A DNA stretch of 64,000 bases from Desulfatiglandales bacterium (GTDB lineage: Bacteria > Desulfobacterota > DSM-4660 > Desulfatiglandales > Desulfatiglandaceae): assembly GCA_963666345.1 (NCBI GenBank), contig OY762721.1, forward strand, positions 3,648,001 through 3,712,000, given 5' to 3'. The notes below the pieces were generated by a model. The model saw only the letters and a program-made list of their open reading frames with translations, was not told the DNA's origin and made no database searches. A program made the translations under genes and the position numbers. Positions within the stretch are counted from its first letter, which is position 1. Each line of letters begins with the position of its first letter. This document shows, piece by piece, positions 1 through 9,163 of the stretch.

Positions 1-2
1 GG

Positions 3-164
3 GAAGATGTCTTGATTTCAGGTTTTGGTAGGTTTGCAGTTAAGGAAAAGCGCCCTAGAAAGGGGAGAAACCCTGCCACAGGCAAATCCATAATGCTTGA
101 TGGCAGAAGAGTAGTTAGTTTTAAGTGCTCCAGTGTCTTGAAAGAAAAGCTTAATAGGCTATAA
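3..164 (+). CDS. ihfA: Integration host factor alpha-like protein, C-terminal part (5' end outside window)
   Basis: Manual translation from nt 3: EDVLISGFGRFAVKEKRPRKGRNPATGKSIMLDGRRVVSFKCSSVLKEKLNRL*. It has the HU/IHF signature GFGxF..GRNPxTG. Confidence 0.85.
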   Translation, partial: EDVLISGFGRFAVKEKRPRKGRNPATGKSIMLDGRRVVSFKCSSVLKEKLNRL

Positions 165-678
165 CTCGCTTAACATATCTTTATAGTTGATCCATATGCG
201 GGATAATGAGGTTTTGTCCCATATAAAACCACTCGATTTTTTCTTCTCGCAAGGCCTTTATTCATAATTTCAAGACTAAAAACATGCGACTGATGCTTTA
301 AAATACCAGTTTACGGTTAAAAATGTGATGATTCATGCATCTTTTTCACAGTTTCTCACTCAAAACCGCCTGATTGATCGTAAAAACACCCTTCTGTGAG
401 AAAACTTCAAAACTATTAATATCAGGGACCTGGACCTGCCTAAAGAATTACTGTTTTTTGTACTTGATAAGTCATTTTGTCAGGTCAACTGATCAATCTT
501 TCCCAACAACTCATGGATAAACCAATTGAAGCAGGTAGTTGAAGAAATATCAAAATAGTTTATCATTGGTTTTTGCAGTTTAAATTATATTTTATTTACT
601 ATAGCATGGGTATTAAGGCCTATAATTTACGCAGTTAAGAGCGCAGTTATGGCTGTCTAGTAAAAACGTTATTGGGAT

Positions 679-975
679 CTAATGTTTCAAAAGACCTTGT
701 AACTCCTTTATCCATTCCTTGAATGCCTGATCCTTCCCGTCCTTGTTCCAGCAGTTATGTTTCTTGATATTTACCTCTACCTTGGGCTCAAGGTCAGGGA
801 AGTGGCCTTTGACAGTCTGACACATCACTTTTTTGGTCAGTTTGGCTACTTTTTTCAAATTATCTATAGGGCACTCAAAGACGAATGAGTCATGGAGTGG
901 GACAATGATTGAAGCATTATATTTGGGGTACAACCGATATAATTTGTTCCCTGCCGATTTGAATATGGCCCCTAA
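679..975 (-). pseudogene. C-terminal fragment of a family A DNA polymerase
   Basis: Frame reads AIFKSAGNKLYRLYPKYNASIIVPLHDSFVFECP, which resembles PolA motif C (HDxxVFE). An in-frame stop lies just upstream and the rest of the gene is absent. Confidence 0.65.
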
Positions 976-1103
976 CCCCTACCGTACCTTTTGAAAACCC
1001 GATTCCTTTGAATTTCTTTTCTATTGATACATTGTGAAAAACCTCATATATATTACCCCCTATAATACATCTTTCAAATAAACCGACTTAAGTTGATATC
1101 TCT

Positions 1104-2561
1104 ATGAACTATCGTACTATCGCACATATATTAGGGACCCTGCTGATCGTAATCGGATGCTCAATGGTTTTTCCGGTGCTGTGTTCCATATATTACGATG
1201 AAGGAGATCTCAACTCGATCCTTTTTTCTGTGTTGATCTGCATTTCACTCGGTCTGGTTTTGCATCTGGTTTTTCAAAAAAGTCATGAGCTGGGGATCAA
1301 AGACGGGTTTTTTATTGCGTTTTTCGGATGGATTCTGGTCTCTTCAGTCTCCGGGCTTCCTTTTATGTTCCACGGTTCAATCCCTTCATTTACAGATGCG
1401 TTCTTTGAAATGATGTCCGGTTATACGACCAGCGGGGCCACAATACTGACCGACATCGAGATAGTACCCCACGGACTGATTTTTTGGCGCAGCCAGACGC
1501 ATCTGCTTGGAGGAATGGGATTTCTGACCCTGACCGTCATCTTCCTTCCCCATGGGATCGGCGGGCTTCACCTGTTTCGAGCCGAGTCCAGTCCGGGGCA
1601 GATCATCACGAAGGAAAAATTCAAGCCCCGCAATAAGGATACCATGGTCTGGCTGTGGGGGATCTATCTGTTCCTGAATCTTGCCGAGACAATTCTCCTG
1701 ATGCTTGGCGGGATGTCCCTTTTTGATTCATTGTGTCATTCGTTCGGAACCGTGTCCACTTCCGGGTATTCCCCTAAAAACGCAAGCATCGGTTTTTATG
1801 ACAGCGCCTACTTCGACTGGGTAATCATCCTGTTCATGTTCCTTGGCGGAATGACCTTCATGCTCTTTTATCACATCTGGAGGGGAGACTGGAAGACCCT
1901 GAAAAATAACACGGAATTCAGGTGGTATGTCGGTTTCCTGCTGTTTTTCTGCGGAGCTGTTTCATTGATCCTCTGGCAGAACAACACCTATGCCACTTTT
2001 GCCGATTCCTTGAGATACGGCACGTTCCAGGTCATGTCCCTTTTGACCACAACCGGTTTTACAAGCGCGGATTATGAGCTGTGGCCCCAGGCCGCCCAGA
2101 TGTTTCTGTTTGCAGTCTGCTTTGTAGGTGCGTGTGCCGGATCAACCACCAGCGGCATCAAGGTGGTCCACTATGTGTTGATCTGGAAATTCATGGTTGT
2201 GGCGGTAAAGAAGATCTTTTTGCAGCCCCTTTATGTGAAAGCGATAAAGCTGAACAAAAGACCTGTCAGTTCCTCAATCGTGGATCTTGCCATCTGTTAT
2301 TTTATCGTGAACATATTCATGGTGCTGGGCGGGGGCTGCTTCATGGTGCTTGTGGATAATATGGATTATCTTACGGCAATGAGCTCGGTAATAGCAACGC
2401 TCATGAATATCGGCCCCGGATTCGGTGCAGTGGGACCTTCTGAAAACTACGCATTCATATCTGACGCGGGCAAGTGGTTCCTGTCCTGGAACATGCTTGT
2501 GGGCAGGCTGGAAATGTTTTCCGCGTTAGTTATTTTTTATCCATCCTTTTGGAAGAGATAG
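1104..2561 (+). CDS. trkH: Trk potassium uptake membrane protein
   Basis: 485 aa polytopic protein with TrkH pore motifs SGYTTSGAT, TVSTSGYS, LTTTGF, NIGPGFG and GRLE. Confidence 0.95.
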   Translation: MNYRTIAHILGTLLIVIGCSMVFPVLCSIYYDEGDLNSILFSVLICISLGLVLHLVFQKSHELGIKDGFFIAFFGWILVSSVSGLPFMFHGSIPSFTDAFFEMMSGYTTSGATILTDIEIVPHGLIFWRSQTHLLGGMGFLTLTVIFLPHGIGGLHLFRAESSPGQIITKEKFKPRNKDTMVWLWGIYLFLNLAETILLMLGGMSLFDSLCHSFGTVSTSGYSPKNASIGFYDSAYFDWVIILFMFLGGMTFMLFYHIWRGDWKTLKNNTEFRWYVGFLLFFCGAVSLILWQNNTYATFADSLRYGTFQVMSLLTTTGFTSADYELWPQAAQMFLFAVCFVGACAGSTTSGIKVVHYVLIWKFMVVAVKKIFLQPLYVKAIKLNKRPVSSSIVDLAICYFIVNIFMVLGGGCFMVLVDNMDYLTAMSSVIATLMNIGPGFGAVGPSENYAFISDAGKWFLSWNMLVGRLEMFSALVIFYPSFWKR

Positions 2562-3977
2562 GCCTGTATCAGCCTCATAACCGGATCGGAAAAGCTCCCG
2601 AACCTTTTTCAGATAGGTGGAAGTGCAGACCGCGATAACCCGTTCACCTTCTTTGATATGGGTATCTCCCATTGCTATTTTCCAGTTCCCATCCCGAAAC
2701 AGGGCGCCGATAAGGATCTTCCCCATTGAAGAGATGTGCTGCCCGGAAAGAGGTGCGCCGGTAATCGGGGATTTCGGCTCAGCTACCAGCTCAACGACTT
2801 CCGTATCAAATCCATGGATGTGGGCCACGGAGATCAGTTCCCCCCGCTGGATGAATTTGAGTATCTGATCCCCTGCCAGGATCTTTTTGCTCAGGGCGAT
2901 ATCAGGGCCGATGGTTGAGGCCAGTACCAGATGGTCTTCCCGGTTAACCATGGCTATTGTCTTCGCTATATTGTGGTGGTCCTTTTTATTCATCCTTTTT
3001 TTTGCCAGCATGCAGATCAGGATATTGAATTGATTCTCCGCCGTGGTTGTCACAAAGGTATCCACATCCGCGAGTCCCGCCATGTCCAGGATATCCTCTT
3101 CCCTTCCGTCGCCATGAAGGATCTCTGTGTTTTCCAGCCTGTAGGAAAGCTCCTCGGCCCGCTTGAAATCTTTCTCAACCAGTTTCACCTCAACGGTTTT
3201 TTCCAGCAACTCAGCCACCCGGCTCCCAACCAGCCCTCCTCCCAGGATCATGACTCCACGGCGCCGGTTGTGCTTTTCTCCGGTAATTTCCATTAAAAGG
3301 GATTTATATTTATTGCGGGCCATTATGAGTACATGGTCCTGGGGAAGCAGTATGTCTTCTCCGCCTGGTACGATCGTATCGATCCCTCTGGTAACGGCAA
3401 CAACCCTGAAAGGCAGCCCCTCATGCATGCGGGAAATATCTTTCAGCTTTTTATGGGCAAGGGGGGAGTTTTCATGGATACGGGTAGCCATGACCTGAAG
3501 CTGTCCCTCGGCGATATCTATTATTTCATTTCCCGCCGTGCGTTTGATAAACCTTACAATCTCCTGGGCCGCCAGTTCTTCAGGGCGGATGATCAGATCG
3601 ATTTTTAAATCACTTGTGCTTAGTATGCCGGTGCCGTAGCCGAAATCCCGGGATCGAATACGGGCGATCTTGCGGGAAATGCCGAAGCGATCGGCGATCA
3701 TCGAAGATACTATGTTAACCGCGTCATTATCCGTCACGGCTATGAGGATGTCCACATCCCCTGCTTCGGCAGTCCTCCAGCAATCCACATCCATGGCGTC
3801 GCCCTTGATAAGCAGGGCATCGATATTTTCAGCCGCGTTGCTTAAGAGATCACCATCTGATTCTATGACGGTAATATTATATCCCTCATGGGACAGCCGC
3901 TTGGTCAGGTAGGAGCCTACTCCCCCAAGTCCCAGTATCAGGATATTCTCAGCCTTGTTGTCTTTTTTACCGAACAT
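2526..3977 (-). CDS. trkA: Trk system NAD-binding regulatory subunit
   Basis: Two RCK_N (GLGGVG, GGGLVG) plus RCK_C repeats; 483 aa. Confidence 0.95.
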   Translation of the reverse strand: MFGKKDNKAENILILGLGGVGSYLTKRLSHEGYNITVIESDGDLLSNAAENIDALLIKGDAMDVDCWRTAEAGDVDILIAVTDNDAVNIVSSMIADRFGISRKIARIRSRDFGYGTGILSTSDLKIDLIIRPEELAAQEIVRFIKRTAGNEIIDIAEGQLQVMATRIHENSPLAHKKLKDISRMHEGLPFRVVAVTRGIDTIVPGGEDILLPQDHVLIMARNKYKSLLMEITGEKHNRRRGVMILGGGLVGSRVAELLEKTVEVKLVEKDFKRAEELSYRLENTEILHGDGREEDILDMAGLADVDTFVTTTAENQFNILICMLAKKRMNKKDHHNIAKTIAMVNREDHLVLASTIGPDIALSKKILAGDQILKFIQRGELISVAHIHGFDTEVVELVAEPKSPITGAPLSGQHISSMGKILIGALFRDGNWKIAMGDTHIKEGERVIAVCTSTYLKKVRELFRSGYEADTGLSLPKGWIKNN

Positions 3978-4257
3978 GGAAACTCCCGATTATTTAATAT
4001 TTGATCAGCTTATATAATATATATTAAACCAAATAGCCAAAATTTCTTTGACCAGGTTCAAAAGGGGCTATCTTCTTTATCGGTCGGGAAAATATGTGCC
4101 GGTCAAAAGACATATATGTCTGCGGCAATACTTGTGTAAGCAAAAGGGCTTTTGTGTTAGGATACAATTTCATTTGATAAGACTTATCAAAGAAGTAAAA
4201 ATATTCCGATTATAATTTTGGCTGAACCGGCCTGAGCCTAGTGAAAAGGAGCAGCGA

Positions 4258-5082
4258 ATGGGCTTTATTGTTGTTGATCAGGAAAAATGCAACCGCGACG
4301 GTATCTGTGTGGCCGAGTGCCCGGCTCATGTAATCCTTATGAACTCAAGGGAAGATTATCCGACTCCGGTCTCGGATTTTGAAGAATACTGTCTGAGATG
4401 CGGTCACTGTGTTGCCGTCTGCCCCACCGGAGCCGTCAGACTGGACTGGCTCAGGCCTGAAGACTGTGAAAAAATAAAAGGGGACCTGACAATAACACCG
4501 GAACAGGCCGGGCAGTTTCTGCGCGCAAGGCGTTCCATTAGGACCTTCAAGAAAAAGACTGTTGCGCGATCAATCCTGCGAAATCTCCTGGAGGTGGCCT
4601 GTTCAGCCCCTTCGGCCAAAAACAGTCAACCCTGGCATTGGGTTGTGGTTCAGGACCCATCAAAAGTTCAAGGGTTTGCGAATATTGCCATTGAATGGAT
4701 GCGAACGGTTGCCCGGGACAACCCGGAAGAGGCTGTGAACAGAGGGTTTACCCGTGCTGTGGCATACTGGGATGAAGGATATGACAGTATCTGCCGGGGT
4801 GCGCCTCATATCATAGTGGTTCATGGTGAAAGGGACTGGCTGTTCGGCCCTGAAGACAGCGCCCTGGCCTTGAGCCTGCTTGATTTGTACGCAGCAGGCA
4901 TCGGGCTTGGGGCCTGCTGGGGAGGGTATTTTTACAAGGCAGTAAACGCCTGTCCCCCATTGTTTGAGGCACTGGGTCTGCCGGATGACCACCAGGCGTA
5001 CGGGGCTATGATGGTGGGTTACCCGAAATTCAAATACCACCGTATTCCCAATCGCAACCGGCTTGAGGTCAGGTGGAAGTAA
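4258..5082 (+). CDS. Nitroreductase family protein with N-terminal 4Fe-4S ferredoxin domain
   Basis: CNRDGICVAECP and CLRCGHCVAVCP motifs, then RRSIRTF and APSAKNSQPW nitroreductase motifs. Confidence 0.92.
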   Translation: MGFIVVDQEKCNRDGICVAECPAHVILMNSREDYPTPVSDFEEYCLRCGHCVAVCPTGAVRLDWLRPEDCEKIKGDLTITPEQAGQFLRARRSIRTFKKKTVARSILRNLLEVACSAPSAKNSQPWHWVVVQDPSKVQGFANIAIEWMRTVARDNPEEAVNRGFTRAVAYWDEGYDSICRGAPHIIVVHGERDWLFGPEDSALALSLLDLYAAGIGLGACWGGYFYKAVNACPPLFEALGLPDDHQAYGAMMVGYPKFKYHRIPNRNRLEVRWK

Positions 5083-5201
5083 TTGTGCTGTCTGTAAAAG
5101 CTGATATTTTCAGCACATCAGATGAAATAAGCGGATTATCCGCAACCGAGTAGTCGAGATCCAGGAGGATTTAAAGGGGTCGAGGAACCGTCGAAGGATT
5201 T

Positions 5202-5360
5202 ATGAATTTGAAGCTCTGGCGGAAGGCATGGAAACTCTGTTTAGAGATACATGGAATAACGGTAAAATTTCGAATAATAAAGGATAGGGCAGAGATGAAA
5301 AGGATTTCAAAAGCGGTGAAGTCTCAAGGAAAACAAACACCTGGTAAAATGAATCCTTGA
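5202..5360 (+). pseudogene. Degenerate, internally deleted four-helix-bundle (IVS-protein-like) gene
   Basis: MNLKLWRKAWKLCLEIHGITVKF resembles the N-terminus of the 21958-22359 copy. It is followed by GAATCCTTGAACCCTT...TTGGGAAAGAACC, the terminal motif shared with the other copies. Confidence 0.5.
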
Positions 5361-5467
5361 ACCCTTTCCTCCAGTTAAATTGGGAAAGAACCGATCTTCT
5401 TAATCTTTTCAGACAATTCAGATCCCTGTATAACATATCTCATTCACCGTGACCGGAGGCGCAAAAG

Positions 5468-6544
5468 ATGTATGCAGTTATAATGTCCGGGGGCTCAGGG
5501 ACCAGGTTCTGGCCCCTGAGCCGAAAGAAAACGCCCAAACAGTTTTTGAATATAACCGGCAAGGGCTCCCTGGTAGTGGAGACCTGTGACAGGCTCAAAG
5601 GCCTTTGCAGTGACACCGAAACTATCCTTGTCATGGGCAGGGGGCATCTTGATCAGGCGGAAAAGTTATTTAAAGACCGGGGCGTCCATATGATCGGTGA
5701 ACCGGTCGGACGGAATACCGGGCCCGCCATCGGGCTCGGGGCTATATACGCAAGACACCTCGGCCATGAAGGGGCGGTCGCCTTTCTGCCTGCAGATCAC
5801 TATATCGCCGATCCTTCCGCCTTTGTCGATGCGCTTAAAAGGGCGGGGGATATGGCCGAGTCAGGCGGAATAGTCACCCTGGGCATAGTGCCTGTGCGTC
5901 CTGAGACAGGCTACGGATATATCCGCAAAAAACGCGCTTCAGGCAGCCATGGAAAAGACGAGGCCTATCGGGTAGATAAATTTGTCGAAAAACCTGATCC
6001 TGGAACCGCACTCAGGTATCTTAAAAGCGGGGAATACTACTGGAACGCGGGGATCTTTGTTGCCACACCTGAGACGATACTGAAGGAAATAAGTGTTTGT
6101 ATCCCTGATCTTCACAAGGCGCTCATGCGCATCTGGGAGTTACTCGGTAGCCCCGGTTTTGAAGAGGAATTTCTCGAGATCTATGAGCGGATTGAGGCTG
6201 TCTCCTTTGACTACGGCGTCATGGAAAAGACAAAGGAGGATGTGTTTGTCATACCGTGTGAGTGCGGCTGGAGCGACGTGGGGTCCTGGAACTCCCTTTA
6301 TGAACTGAAGCAGGGGCATCATGACGCGGATAAAAACCTGGCCGATCAAGACACCCTGCTGATCGACTGCAGGGAAAATTTTATCTCGGCAAAGGGAGGC
6401 CGTTTCATAGCCTGCCTGGGGATAAAAAACTGCCTGGTGGTGGACACGGAAGATGTACTGCTGGTTGCCGATATAGATCGCAGCCAGGATATCAGGAAAG
6501 TCGTCGAGGAGCTTAAAAAGAGGGGCAGGGCCGAACTGCTGTGA
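5468..6544 (+). CDS. manC: Mannose-1-phosphate guanylyltransferase
   Basis: Motifs GGSGTRFWPLSR..PKQFL, EPVGRNTG, PETGYGYI, FVEKP and WSDVGSW. Confidence 0.95.
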   Translation: MYAVIMSGGSGTRFWPLSRKKTPKQFLNITGKGSLVVETCDRLKGLCSDTETILVMGRGHLDQAEKLFKDRGVHMIGEPVGRNTGPAIGLGAIYARHLGHEGAVAFLPADHYIADPSAFVDALKRAGDMAESGGIVTLGIVPVRPETGYGYIRKKRASGSHGKDEAYRVDKFVEKPDPGTALRYLKSGEYYWNAGIFVATPETILKEISVCIPDLHKALMRIWELLGSPGFEEEFLEIYERIEAVSFDYGVMEKTKEDVFVIPCECGWSDVGSWNSLYELKQGHHDADKNLADQDTLLIDCRENFISAKGGRFIACLGIKNCLVVDTEDVLLVADIDRSQDIRKVVEELKKRGRAELL

Positions 6545-6652
6545 AAGATAGCGGTAATTCAGACGCCAAATTAAACCTTGGGGTTAGGGGCGGAATCCGA
6601 CTGAGCGGATAAGAATAAACCGGTTTTAAGAGGCCAATTCGAGGAGAAACGT

Positions 6653-7858
6653 GTGATCGGCATAAGCCTGATGGAAAATAGTGTAATGGAGTACGGCTGG
6701 GGCTCTCAAAGGGAGATCCAGGAGTTCCTGGGAATGCCTGATGAGGTTGGAAGATCCATGGCGGAGCTCTGGATGGGGGCACATCCTAAAGCGCCTTCAA
6801 AGGTTATGGTGAACGGGAAATGGAGGTCTCTTGAGCGGGTCATAAGCGAAGACCCTGAGACAGTCCTTGGAAGCGCGGTATCAGAGGGCTTTGGTGCCGC
6901 ATTGCCCTTTCTTTTCAAACTGCTTGCAATTGAAAGTCCTCTGTCAATTCAGGTGCATCCGGAGATGGGCAGGGCGGAACTGGGATATATGAGAGAAAAC
7001 AGAACCGGGATACCGCTGGGCGCGCCAGAGAGAAATTACAGAGATAAAAACCACAAGCATGAGATTATCTGTGCCCTTACCGATTTTTGCGGATTGATCG
7101 GGTTTAGGGAGATCAAAGAGATTATCGAACTTTTTGAAGAGGCATTCGCTTCTGTTCTGGATGCGGAACTGGCCATGCTCCGGGATTTGAAGGAACCAAA
7201 GGGCCTTGAGAAGTTTTTTACCTCCCTTATAAAAATGAAAGGAAAAAGTAAGGCCGGTATTCTGGGTATGGCCGGCGAGATTTCCGCAAAAAGGGGCGGA
7301 ACCGACCCTGCCTTTTTCTGGGTCAGACAACTTTGTGAAAAATTCCCCGGTGATACGGCGGCCCTTTTTCCGCTCATGCTTAATGTTGTCGAGCTTAAGC
7401 CGGGTGAGGCCGTCTATATCGCGCCAGGTGAGCTTCACGCCTATCTTAACGGTATGGGAATCGAACTGATGTCAAATTCGGACAATGTATTAAGGGGCGG
7501 TCTGACGAATAAACATGTGGATGTCGAGGAACTCCTGAAGATCGTGGATTTCAGGGAGCGGCCTGTTGACCGTATCGTGCCCTCTGTATTAGGGAAAGGC
7601 GAAATCCGGTATTCAACACCTGCAAAGGAGTTCCTCCTTTCAATCCTTACCATAAAAGAAAAAGGGATTTTCAGGAGCAGGCCGAATCAAGGTCCGGAAA
7701 TACTTTTGTGCACCGGGGGAAGTGCTGATATAAGAGATTCGAAAAATGGAGAGTGCCTGTCTCTTAAAAAAGGACAGGCCGCTTTTGTGCCCGCTTCGGT
7801 GTCACAATACGAAGTAGGGGGCGCGACCATCCTTTTCAGGGCATCTGTTCCCATATAA
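6653..7858 (+). CDS. manA: Mannose-6-phosphate isomerase class I
   Basis: Motifs YGWGS, AELWMGAHP, PLSIQVHP, YRDKNHKHE, HAYL and SDNVLRGGLT. Confidence 0.95.
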   Translation: MIGISLMENSVMEYGWGSQREIQEFLGMPDEVGRSMAELWMGAHPKAPSKVMVNGKWRSLERVISEDPETVLGSAVSEGFGAALPFLFKLLAIESPLSIQVHPEMGRAELGYMRENRTGIPLGAPERNYRDKNHKHEIICALTDFCGLIGFREIKEIIELFEEAFASVLDAELAMLRDLKEPKGLEKFFTSLIKMKGKSKAGILGMAGEISAKRGGTDPAFFWVRQLCEKFPGDTAALFPLMLNVVELKPGEAVYIAPGELHAYLNGMGIELMSNSDNVLRGGLTNKHVDVEELLKIVDFRERPVDRIVPSVLGKGEIRYSTPAKEFLLSILTIKEKGIFRSRPNQGPEILLCTGGSADIRDSKNGECLSLKKGQAAFVPASVSQYEVGGATILFRASVPI

Positions 7859-8093
7859 GGCCCGTTTCATGAAGCGCCAGGGCATGGACTGAGTACCTTC
7901 CAGGGGTGAATCACTACCCGTTCAGCGGAGCCGGGTTTCTTTATCCCCTGAAGATGTCATTTAAACTTCCGGAAAATCCTGCAGGTCATTTTCGAAAACT
8001 TGAAAAAAATCTTTCAGTAATTATAAGTAATAGGGTGCTATTTTATAGCTGCTCCAACCTGTTTGATAAAATGATTGGCTGAATGAGCCGGGT

Positions 8094-8138
8094 AAGTGGT
8101 CAAAGTGACTAAAGTGACTAGAGTGACTAGAGTGACTA
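8094..8138. repeat. Tandem 9-mer (A/G)AGTGACTA x4 plus one degenerate unit
   Basis: Read directly: AAGTGGTCA AAGTGACTA AAGTGACTA GAGTGACTA GAGTGACTA. Confidence 0.9.
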
Positions 8139-8191
8139 AAATTGTGGGGTTATTTGCCTTTAGCTATTATATCTAATCCTGGGAGTCTTTA

Positions 8192-9133
8192 ATGAAGAAA
8201 TTTATGCTACCTATACTCATATGTCCATCCTGCCTGCCTGATGAAATCGAACCGGAATGCAGGGTCATTGAAGAGGAAGGTGATGATATAATTGAGGGGT
8301 CGCTTTACTGCCCCGGATGTAAAAGGTCTTACGAGATCAAGGAGGGAGTGGCGTTTCTGGATACTGCAAACCGTGAAGGAGAGACGGTTTCAGGTTCAAA
8401 ATATGAAGATGAATCAGTCCTTTCATCCTATCTCTGGAGTCACTATTGCGATATCCTGAAAGACCCTGATGAGTCCGAGGCCTACAGGCAGTGGTCGGAA
8501 CTTGTCAGGAGCGGTTCAGGAGTATCCCTTGACGCGGGATGCGCCGTGGGGCGCTTTACCTTTGAAATGGCCCTTAAAAGTGAATTTTCAATAGGCATTG
8601 ACAACTCGATGAGTTTTATCAGGGCATCACGGGAACTCATGAAAAAAAGACGCATGACCCTGAGGCTCAAGCAGGAGGGAATGATTGAAAAATATGAGGA
8701 GTTAGCCCTTCCGGAGACATGGAACTTTGATAATGTTGAATTCATTGTGGGAGATGCTCAGGCCCTTCCAATAAGGTCTGAAAGCATATCCAGTTTCGGT
8801 TGCCTCAACCTGGTTGACAAACTCCCTGCCCCTGTCAGGCATATCGAGGAGATGAACCGTATGACAAAGAAAAGGCAGGCCCAGTTTCTCCTGTCCGATC
8901 CTTTTTCCTGGTCAACGGATGTGGCGGAACAAAAGGCGTGGCTGGGGGGTACTGATAAGGGCCCTTATGCGGGCAGGGGGATGGAAAACATCGTGAAGCT
9001 CCTGAAGGGCGAAAAGGGCGACCTTTCACCTGTATGGGACATTGAAGAGCAGGGGCATGTCTGGTGGAAGATCAGGACCCATTCAAACCACTTCGAACTT
9101 ATCAGAAGCTGTTTTATAAAAGCCGCAAGATAA
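8192..9133 (+). CDS. SAM-dependent methyltransferase with N-terminal Trm112-like zinc ribbon; resembles the OvoA C-terminal (mercaptohistidine N-methyltransferase) domain
   Basis: CPSC...CPGC...YEIKEGV N-terminus, then YEDESVLSSYLWSHY, LDAGCAVGRFTFEMA, GIDNSMSFI, VEFIVGDA, NLVDKL and DPFSW..WLGG. Confidence 0.75.
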   Translation: MKKFMLPILICPSCLPDEIEPECRVIEEEGDDIIEGSLYCPGCKRSYEIKEGVAFLDTANREGETVSGSKYEDESVLSSYLWSHYCDILKDPDESEAYRQWSELVRSGSGVSLDAGCAVGRFTFEMALKSEFSIGIDNSMSFIRASRELMKKRRMTLRLKQEGMIEKYEELALPETWNFDNVEFIVGDAQALPIRSESISSFGCLNLVDKLPAPVRHIEEMNRMTKKRQAQFLLSDPFSWSTDVAEQKAWLGGTDKGPYAGRGMENIVKLLKGEKGDLSPVWDIEEQGHVWWKIRTHSNHFELIRSCFIKAAR

Positions 9134-9163
9134 TAACATTCCATTTAAAGACAAGAGGTTCCC

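Noticed and set aside
7880..7955. ncRNA or riboswitch after manA (CAGGGG..CCCCTG stem)
   Set aside because: Only a short pairing; no family consensus recognised.
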